A stretch of 63,616 bases of DNA, counting the filler, from Octopus bimaculoides (Eukaryota), in assembly GCF_001194135.2 (NCBI RefSeq). It is 5 parts of 4 records of this genome, joined end to end, with 100 filler letters (N's around TTAATTAATTAA, not from the genome) between each part and the next. Parts side by side here need not be neighbours in the genome. Positions count along the whole stretch, not along the records: positions 51,809 to 59,857 come from NC_068993.1; positions 59,958 to 62,445 come from NC_068986.1; positions 62,546 to 63,616 come from NW_026306227.1; 2 more parts are not named here. One strand, 5' to 3'. Shown here piece after piece: positions 54,327 through 63,616 of the stretch; the stretch's first letter is position 1, and the number at the start of each line of letters is the position of its first letter. The translations under genes were made by a program, and so were the position numbers. The notes under the pieces were generated by a model. It was given only the letters and a program-made list of their open reading frames with translations, did not search any database and had not been told where the DNA came from.

Positions 54327-55114
54327 GTAAGTAAAATTCTTTCATAAATGGTTTAATTAATTAATTAATTAATTTATTATTAATATTATTACCAAAAGTA
54401 AGGCTATCATCATCAGAACGTAATAAAATATATATAGAAGTTAGCCTTTACATAAAACGCATTCATATATTCTCATGTAATCCACATTCTTAAACTAAAT
54501 CACATAATCTGAAACGCATCTCTTCAAAAGACTCTATGGTAATGATATATATATATACATCNNNNNNNNNNNNNNNNNNNNNNNNNNNNNNNNNNNNNNN
54601 NNNNNNNNNNNNNNNNNNNNNNNNNNNNNNTATATATATATATATATATATTTTTATCTGCTAGTAAACTGTATAGTTAATATCGGATCTCATACATATG
54701 GAACCTAATAAACTCGAAGTTTAGTATACTTTCAAAAGACGAGCAAAGATTTACATAACCCAGATATTTTAAATTAGTGTGCTTAGTACAGTCTTGAAGA
54801 TAGCCAAAACAAAAAAAAACATATCAAAAGCAAAACAATGAGAAATACAAACTCTGATGTATAGAGTTTAAATATGGATGTTCAGGATCAATTGTTACAT
54901 ACATGATTTTTTTGAAATTGTATTCTCTTCAAAGCTTATGCTTTAGCATAAGTTATGGTGAGTACACACAAAGAGACGTTATAGCAAACTAATTTAATAA
55001 AGAAAAATGCAATAGATTCAAATTTTGTAACTAATTTAATAAAGAAAACTGCGATAAATTCAAAATTTGTGTCATCGTTTCAAATTTTGACCTCAGACCA
55101 GTAACTTCGAACGA

Positions 55115-55285
55115 GGGGTAAATCGATTACATCGACCCCACTACTCAACAAGTACTTATCTTATCGACCCCGAAAGTATGAAAGACAAAGTCGACTTCGG
55201 CGGAATTTAGAATCAGGATATAAAGACGGACGAAATACTGCTAAGCAATTAGTCCGGCGTGTTAACGGTTCTGCCAGCTCGCCGA
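55115..55285 (-). mobile_element. SINE family C copy in the last intron of the EGF gene
   Basis: Reverse complement of the 7323 element head and core. Confidence 0.8.
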
Positions 55286-55393
55286 CTTCTGGTAGGGTAA
55301 AATGCTGAAGATTATGTGTTTATAATAACCTTTTCTGATTGTATAAACTTAAATAAAATATATTCTCAAATATGTAGTATTAATTAATTCTAG

Positions 55394-57444
55394 GTTTGAG
55401 ATGTGAAGTCGATGTTAATGAATGCAGCAGCGACCCGTGTTTACATGGTGGCATTTGTTACGACAGAGTGAATAGCTTTAGATGTGATTGCCCAAAGGAA
55501 ACCAGTGGAGAAATGTGTGAAGATAATTATCTCTTAACATCAACTAGCGTTACTACTGAACATGACAATAACTATCAATATACAGTCAAAACTAATTCCT
55601 CTGACGTAATATCTACAGAAAAGCAATCTGTAGATATATTTATCCCAACAAGTACAAATACCAGCATTTTAAAAATATACACCACAGAAAACACCCAGTT
55701 AGACGTAACGCAAGAATTAAATGAAAGTGGGACAATTAAATATGGATTAACCACCAATTCTTCTGATTTTTTTCTTGATAAAAGTAACGCCACCTTAACT
55801 ACAGTATCGGCAGAATCTCATACGATTAAATATAACTCGAAGGATATCACTTCAGTGACAGAAGACATACTTTTGACAACTATCGATGCTTCAAATCCAC
55901 AAACTGTTGAACAGATTCATGTGCCTGTCACCGTAGTCACAGAGAAACCCAAATTGGTTACTGATTGTTTGGTTATCAAAATATTCCGATCCAATATACT
56001 AGGCCAGATATTCTCAGAAATTCCAAAATACACTGTTTGTTGGTGGGCATATGATTTCATCTTGCCACCCATGTCTAAAGTTGGTACCACATATATTGAA
56101 AACCAGAACGAAGCGTATATTTGGGTTGAAGACACTATGAACGATTTATTACCTTTACCTTCTAAATCGATTTCACTAAACAGAGAAGATATATTGTCGT
56201 ATTTAAAAGATAATTTACAAATAATTGATAACAGCTCTCAAAATAAACTTCCACACAATTTAGTTGATTCATCATGTATTCAAATTTGGATGAAATCAAA
56301 ACGGAGAGGATTCTGGTATTTGAAAACAGAAACAGGAGATGCAAATGTTGAATATAAAAGCAAATTGAATGTTAAACGAAGATTCCTATCATCTAAGATG
56401 TTTTACTGCAAACAAAACTATACCTTGGCTGTTACAACAGACAGAAAAAGCTTGCGGAATGAAACTACACAAGCATCAATATTATCACAATCAACGTCTA
56501 TGGAGAACGAAACTACAAACATATCGACATTATCACAGTCAACATTGTTGACGAACAATACCAAATACATAACCACATTATCTCAATCAACGTTACTGAA
56601 GAACCACTCCACACGCTTGCCAACATTATCAGAACCAACTTCATTGAAAACGAAAACCATGCGTATATTAACATTATCACAACCGACGTTACAGATAAAC
56701 AAAACAATTAATATGCCAACAATATCAGAACTAATTTCGCTGAATAGCAAGAGCACACAAGTATCAAAACTGTCACAAACAACCTCAGGGATCAACAAAA
56801 CAATATACATGACAACACATGCTGTTTCCATCTCACCAAAAGAAATGACGACTGTCGGAGTAAGACGGTTTCACTTACTTCTGAGGAAACTTAACAAGAC
56901 TCATTACCAGGAGCGCTTTTCATCAATCATAAACAGAGATGGCAACAAACCAAAAATGGTGTTGACAGTTCTTCGGACAGCCAAGAGAATCTACCAGATT
57001 GGATCTGACTCAGCTCGTAAAGTTTACAGAAAAACAAAACTTCTTCTGCATATGACATTAAAGCAACTCTCTACAATTTGGATTTCGGTAAAAACTTTTG
57101 CAGTTCAACCGATCTCTAGAACTCAGGAAACTATAAGACGGACATGGACTGATTCCTGGTTAAAGGTTAATAAGGCATTCACTAAAACTCGCCAATTATT
57201 ACATGATGCTTATATGTTGGCACGGAATAACTTCAAAAATATTTATCAACGAATGAAGGAAAACACTTCAAATCTGTCAAGAGACAGCTATCAGAGATAT
57301 TACAATTATTACAACAGCTATAGCAGAAAACTTAACAAAGTATCGGGTTATTTTTCGCATATGTATAAAAATTATACAAAGAATTTGCAGAAATATTGGG
57401 AGAAGAATATTAAATATGACAACGTTAATAACAAACGCCGTTGA
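55394..57444 (+). CDS. Terminal coding exon of the same gene: Ca-binding EGF, S/T-rich stalk, unknown Cys/Trp domain, 16-aa repeats, basic amphipathic tail
   Basis: Acceptor ttaattctag|GT is phase 1 and completes Gly from the previous exon (G|GT TTG AGA TGT GAA). Contains the [40 protein letters not shown]. The 682-codon frame is uninterrupted in AT-rich DNA and ends TGA at 57442-57444. The track's initial M is really Leu (TTG). Confidence 0.9.
56458..56817 (+). repeat. Coding tandem repeat, 48 bp/16 aa, about 8 units
   Basis: Units start at aa 355, 371, 387, 403, 419, 435, 451 and 467 ([48 protein letters not shown]...). The DNA core acattatc recurs at 48-bp spacing. Confidence 0.85.
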
Positions 57445-57513
57445 TAACAATGTTTCTCTCTCACCGTCCTTTTAAAATTCTTTCCTGGTCTCTGTCTGTC
57501 TGTCTGTGTATAT

Positions 57514-57553
<40 letters not shown>

Positions 57554-58079
57554 GTGTGTGTGCATGCGNNNNNNNNNNNNNNNNNNNNNNNNNNNNNNTG
57601 TGTGTGTGTGTGTGTGTGTATAAAACAAGAAGACAAAAAATTAAATGCTCTAAGAATCCTGTTTTGAATAAAAAGAGAATATGTACATCTTCATGATAAT
57701 ATGCTATCGGTTTCAATTGTCAAAGAAAATCTAGTCGTGAAATAAGAAAAAAAGGAAAATAATTTGAAGTAAATTAAATTAATCTGTGATGAATGCAATT
57801 TTCAAAGTCCATTTGTTTATGTTAGAAAAAGTACATGGCTATAGTTGTTTGATTCCCACCGGTGGTTGCTTTGTCAATATATTAATAGTAACAGTTTTAG
57901 CAGTGACAGTAACATATTGTTACCCTTTGTAGCAGAACTGGTCAATGTTCCTTATTGGCAATGCTGATATTAAAGAGTGGTTCGTAATGCTATGGTGGTC
58001 ATTTCAGAAGTAGCAGCAATAACGGAACCGATGGTAGTAGGTTGTGGCGGTAAGTGCTTCAATAATAAAAGTATTAGTA

Positions 58080-58166
<87 letters not shown>

Positions 58167-59444
58167 GGAAAGAAGAAGTGTATTCTAAATCAGGAAAGAA
58201 AGCAGGGGAAATTGTTTTGGGGTTTGAAAATGCTCCTGTATCTCAAAACCTTTAGTGTTGTTCAAATGTTATAATAGATGTATATTATGAATTTCCGCGA
58301 ACACATGACCTTATATTACTGTCTATCTCCGTGAAACTCATAGGAATTTCTATGAATATTTGATCGTGGAAACATTTTTCTCCGAATTTTCCCTTGTAAC
58401 GTTAAACTCTCTTCAACCCTTTTCTTATTTATTTACCTTTCTTAATTTTTACCATCGATAAACAAAAGAATTGTCGAAACCGGTTTGATATTTGAATAAA
58501 TTGTATTACAAAACTTAAAACGACTACACATTTTGATATTCAAGTGCATTTTCAAACGACAAAAGGAAATTCTCATTTATGGTAATTATTCTACCGCTTG
58601 CTTTTGCCGAACCGTTAAGTTACGGGGATTCAAAGACACTGACACCGTTTGTCAAGCAGTGGTAATGGGTAAACACAACAGAAAGATACACACACGCATA
58701 CACAGACATATATATATATATAAGGTTAAGAAGGGTATTGGATTCAACCAAACTCAAAGATACAGGTAATACTGAGTAAGTGCTGTATAACGGCTAGTTT
58801 TGCCTCATACAACGAATGGGGCAAAACTAACTAACTAACTATATATATATATANNNNNNNNNNNNNNNNNNNNNNNNNNNNNNNNNNNNNNNNNNNNNNN
58901 NNNNNNNNNNNNNNNNNNNNNNNNNNNNNNNNNNNNNNNNNNNNNNNNNNNNNNNNNNNNNNNNNNNNNNNNNNNNNNNNNNNNNNNNNNNNNNNNNNNN
59001 NNNNNNNNNNNNNNNNNNNNNNNNNNNNNNNNNNNNNNNNNNNNNNNNNNNNNNNNNNNNNNNNNNNNNNNNNNNNNNNNNNNNNNNNNNNNNNNNNNNN
59101 NNNNNNNNNNNNNNNNNNNNNNNNNNNNNNNNNNNNNNNNNNNNNNNNNNNNNNNNNNNNNNNNNNNNNNNNNNNNNNNNNNNNNNNNNNNNNNNNNNNN
59201 NNNNNNNNNNNNNNNNNNNNNNNNNNNNNNNNNNNNNNNNNNNNNNNNNNNNNNNNNNNNNNNNNNNNNNNNNNNNNNNNNNNNNNNNNNNNNNNNNNNN
59301 NNNNNNNNNNNNNNNNNNNNNNNNNNNNNNNNNNNNNNNNNNNNNNNNNNNNNNNNNNNNNNNNNNNNNNNNNNNNNNNNNNNNNNNNNNNNNNNNNNNN
59401 NNNNNNNNNNNNNNNNNNNNNNNNNNNNNNNNNNNNNNNNNNNN

Positions 59445-59477
<33 letters not shown>

Positions 59478-59481
<4 letters not shown>

Positions 59482-59800
59482 CTTTATATTGCCCACAGAG
59501 GGCTAAACATAGAGGGTACAAACATGGACAGGCAAAGTGATTACGTCGACCCCAGTGAGTAACTGGTAATTATTTTATCGACCTCGAAAGGATGAAAGGC
59601 AAAGTCGACCTCGGTGGAGTTTGCACTCAGAACTTAAGGACGGGTGAAATACCGCTAAGTATTTCATACGACAGGCCTCTTTCAGTTTATAAACTTCATT
59701 CACAAGCCCGAGAAAACACTTGCTCAATGTGCCACGCAATGAGACTGAAGCCGAAACCATATGGTTGAGAAAGAAGCTTCTTACCACCCAGTCACGCCTG
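59478..59800 (-). mobile_element. SINE family C (59478-59670) followed by a family B head remnant
   Basis: Reverse-complement matches to both families. Confidence 0.7.
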
Positions 59801-59816
59801 CATCAATACACACGCG

Positions 59817-59857
<41 letters not shown>

Positions 59858-59957
59858 NNNNNNNNNNNNNNNNNNNNNNNNNNNNNNNNNNNNNNNNNNN
59901 NTTAATTAATTAANNNNNNNNNNNNNNNNNNNNNNNNNNNNNNNNNNNNNNNNNNNN

Positions 59958-60202
59958 ATGTGCTGTGGTTTGCTGTGGTGCTCTTATGTTTACTGTATTG
60001 AAAGTGTTTTGCGTAGAATGTGTGCAGTACCCAGTAGTGCAATTTTCTGTATGTTATATATATTTGTAAGTCCTGGTGTTTTTGTTATGTATTTGTCTGA
60101 ATATTTTTTTATTATACCTAAGGCACCTACTATGATAGGAATTGTTTCTGTTTTTAGATTCCACATTCGAGTTATCTCTATTTCCAGGTCTTTGTATTTT
60201 GA
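59958..60202 (-). mobile_element. R4/Dong-like (restriction-like endonuclease) non-LTR element, 3' fragment 1
   Basis: Minus-strand KYKDLEIEITRMWNLKTETIPIIVGALG...IQKIALLGTAHILRKTLSIQ*. The 5' end abuts (TAA)n. Confidence 0.75.
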
Positions 60203-60242
60203 ATTATTATTATTATTATTGTTATTATTATTATTATTATTA

Positions 60243-60280
<38 letters not shown>
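60203..60280. repeat. (TAA)n microsatellite between two R4-like fragments
   Basis: Direct reading. Confidence 0.95.
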
Positions 60281-60513
60281 GCTTTTGCACAGCTTCTAAC
60301 GCTGGAGATGTACTACAGTGTCAGCTGTTCACTATCAGTAAACTAAGGTAACACCTCTTATATTGGAGCGGTTCCAAGCAGTGCTGTTTTCTGCAATTGC
60401 TCCACCCTTATTGCAGTCCCTATTTGTTCCACATACTTCTCGAGATTTTTGCTCACTACTCCCAGGGCTCCGGCAATTATTGGTACTACTGCTACCTTTT
60501 TCATTGACCACAA
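60281..60513 (-). mobile_element. R4/Dong-like element, 3' fragment 2 (different subfamily)
   Basis: Minus-strand LWSMKKVAVVPIIAGALGVVSKNLEKYVEQIG...LQKTALLGTAPI*. The 3' end runs directly into (AAT)n. Confidence 0.7.
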
Positions 60514-61504
60514 GGTAGATCGCATTGCAGTGGAAAATAGACTTTAAAGCAGCGTAAGTGGTAGTCTTTGTTGCCTCTTTTCTGTGAGTTAGACAGATGG
60601 TAGTTGAAGATAATTTCAAGAATTAAACTTACTCCATAGTTGACAGTTTGATTTTCAGGAGACACGAGGACAACCGTGGACCGCAGCAATAATGCGACCT
60701 TATCTCTAGCAGACGTAACACGTTAAGTATAAATGCCTTTAACATTTATAGCAAAAGAGAGAATAGGGCAGGAGGAAGAAAAAAATATTGTAAGTTAGAT
60801 ATAGAAAAGGAATTACATCAGGTCGAACTTTTTAGTGGTAAGGTTTGATCAACATTATGTCATCATGATAATTTCGGTGTATGTTGTGTCCATTCATAGG
60901 AATTTCTTATGTGTTTATGTCTTTGTGAGTAAATGTATAAGTCAGAGAGAACACATTTATAGACTAGGTAATTTGCACAACAAAGACGATTAAGAATATA
61001 TTAAATAGCATACAATACATATTTTTGACGCATTGAATATTCTACACTCTAGAAGCGGAAGTGGGGTAATTTTTATCGTGTAGAGGACCAATTTTATTGA
61101 TGCAGACATAACCGATGGAATTTGGATTGCTGACTATTAGATGGGATTTGAATTTTTGATCATTAATATCAACTAATAGGTTATTTCTGTTTATGACTAG
61201 CGTTTGTTTGTGTAGATATGTACCAGCATTATGCTGGTTATGTGTATTATATACATGCATGCACACTCATACATACAAACATACATATACTTGTGAAGGT
61301 TGTAACAAAAATAATGCAATGATGCAACAACCTTTTTGTGGTAGGTGCTGTAGGTCCTTCAAATTGTAACTTCTCCTGTACATTAACTGCTCTTTCTCCC
61401 CTCCTCCTCCTGTTCCTGTTCCTGTTCCCCCTACTCTTCCTTCTCCTCCTCTTTCTCTTCCTCCTCTTTCTCTTCCTCCTCATCATCTTCTTTTTGTAAA
61501 ACAG

Positions 61505-61790
61505 ATAATGGGTTCCAAGCAGAGACAACGTGCAATCATGGAATGTTTGAACAAAGAAGTGGTCCAAACTGTTTCACAGAGACAAAAGCTACCTTTGGAA
61601 ACAAATCATGAAATTGGTAAATTAGACTGGCCAGTGGTTCTCCTATCCACCGTACTACTTGCATCTGTTTCCTCCAATTTCCACCTGCTCAGTCCATGGA
61701 AGGACAGTCTTCGGAGACAATGATTTAATGGCAGAGACGAAGATACAGCAGCTAGATTCAAAATTGAATATGGTACTTATGTTTAGGCAC
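61505..61790 (+). mobile_element. Decayed, deleted mariner transposase remnant
   Basis: MGSKQRQRAIMECLNKE (N-terminus-like) is joined to KLDWPVV...SNFHLLSPWKDSLRRQ, a degenerate LGW.VLPHPPYSPDLAPSDFHLF..LKD.LRG. TIRs not identified. Confidence 0.5.
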
Positions 61791-62918
61791 CAGAATATAG
61801 TGTGGTATTATACAAAAACCATTCTAAAAGCAAGGTGATCAAAAAATCAAAGTACGCAACACGGATTTTAAAGATGACTGCAGTACGCACGTTTCATGCT
61901 ACTCCATTTATTTAAGTAATGCGAGCATTAAATTAAATGCAATATGCAGAGCAATCTTCAGCTGCACAAAAATGTAGAAAATTACAGTAGAATAAACATA
62001 TTATAATTGTGGCAACATTTAAAGTCCAAGTAGGAAGAAGAAAACATAAAAATCCATCTTGACATAGCCAAAGCTAGCAGGTTGTTTATTGATATACAAC
62101 AGATATTTTTTGTTTTGTTGTGGGGTTGAGATGATGTTCCAGGAAAATGGAGATCGATAGATAAATGAATAGCTAAATAAATAAAGAGACTGACAGTCAT
62201 ATATATATGAAATCCGGATACGTTCGTGCTGCTGGTCGAGGTGAGAGGGATAACTCCCTTGGCAAACAGGACACAGTCGTGTGTCGATAAGCCAGCTGGA
62301 GGAGATGTCCTCCTGGGGCTAAAAGCAACAGTAACATCCACCCCTAGGGGTCAGCCACACTTAAGTGGCAATATACTACACTTTATCGTGCAGTTACTGT
62401 TAATACTTCATTTAGAGAATTAACATTGCTTATATATATATATATNNNNNNNNNNNNNNNNNNNNNNNNNNNNNNNNNNNNNNNNNNNNTTAATTAATTA
62501 ANNNNNNNNNNNNNNNNNNNNNNNNNNNNNNNNNNNNNNNNNNNNGCAGGTTAGGGGTAAATCAAGCATGAGAGAAAAAAAGAAGAAAAAAAAAAAGAAA
62601 TAAAAGGAAATGGAAGGGCAATACCCTAAGGAGTGGTAAGAATTTGGAAAAAATTTGAGGTAAGGGAAATAAGGTCAAGGTATTAAAGAGATATATCTAT
62701 TCTACAGTATAAATAGAATAATACAATGAAGCACTGAACTACTAAGTTCAAAACTATAGGGAACAATATTAATTAGACCAAGATAAACATATCCAGTTAA
62801 AATAAGATATAAATTAATCTGGGGTGGAATTATTTATGGGTAAAACTATAATATTAATGGCCAAAAACCAAACAGAAAGAAAGAGAGAAGAGGGAAAAAA
62901 ATGGGGAGGAATAGAGTT

Positions 62919-63616
62919 TTAATATATACTATTATTAGTTGGAATAGTTATTGTACATTTATAGACTACATTATGGGTTAAACAATGGCCAGATACCGGA
63001 CAGTGGGCTTTAATTCTACAATTGCAATTAAGGGGCTTATTAGCTATATATATATATTGCTATGTTGATTATTGATACAAGTATCTAAATTATTTACATC
63101 AATATTGCTGGTTGTATTATTAGATATGCAATTGATATTGTTTGAGCTAGGAAGATTTATCTCATCAACTATGTTAACAGTTGAAGTATTAATATGTTCA
63201 TTAACATGTGCATGATCATTGGTTGCGTTGGTGTTATTAATAGTTTGGTAGTTATTAGTATTGTTATCAATAATAAGGCAGTTTTTATTTTCAAGAGTCC
63301 TAGCCATTTTAATGTTTTTTCTATTTAACTTATTGATAATAGATCCTATATTGGGGAGGGTAGAGTATGAGATATAGATTGTGTGTTGAGAGAAGATTTT
63401 ATAATATTTATGGTTATGGTTGAAATTTTTTTGTAAGATATCTATAAACTTCTTATAGATGTTTGTAGATACTGCATAGTTGTAAGGGATGTTAAGCCAT
63501 ATAGAATTTTTTCTTTTAGATTTGTAATATGAAGGGGGTTTGTGGTTATCATAAGTATTTGGGGGCTATATTATTGTTTCTATTATCATTGGTAGTTATC
63601 TTATTAGGATCTATTT
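62919..63616 (-). mobile_element. Penelope-like element fragment (RT thumb/linker to start of GIY-YIG endonuclease)
   Basis: KRKNSIWLNIPYNYAVSTNIYKKFIDILQKNF..NHKYYKIFSQHTIYISYSTLPNIGSIINKLN. After a frameshift: CNCRIKAHCPVSGHCLTHNVVYKC, with CNCR at 63015-63026. Runs off the window end. Confidence 0.85.

Overview
AT-rich, microsatellite-dense animal genomic DNA with many N gaps. The repeat families suggest an octopus genome; this is an inference, not verified. Two host genes are visible. (1) The first coding exon of TULP4 (Tubby-like/WD40) lies on the minus strand at 40809-41066. I found no second exon in the 40.8 kb downstream, so most of the left side appears to be one very large intron. 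(2) The last two coding exons of an unusual Notch/fibropellin-type EGF protein lie on the plus strand at 54149-54326 and 55394-57444. The 2 kb terminal exon encodes one Ca-binding EGF, a Ser/Thr-rich stalk, an unrecognised Cys/Trp domain, eight 16-aa glycosylation-sequon repeats and a strongly basic 11-mer amphipathic helical tail, with several dibasic sites and no transmembrane segment. This protein is the best candidate for undescribed biology. The rest is mobile DNA: RTE LINEs with a PHD finger inside the RT, tRNA-derived SINEs, R4/Dong-like and CR1-like fragments, a Penelope-like fragment, minimal hammerhead-ribozyme motifs, a non-autonomous Helitron, mariner derivatives and Tc1-type MITEs. 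Four N44-TTAATTAATTAA-N44 blocks are scaffold joins, so contiguity across them is uncertain. All assignments come from reading motifs by eye; no database searches were run.
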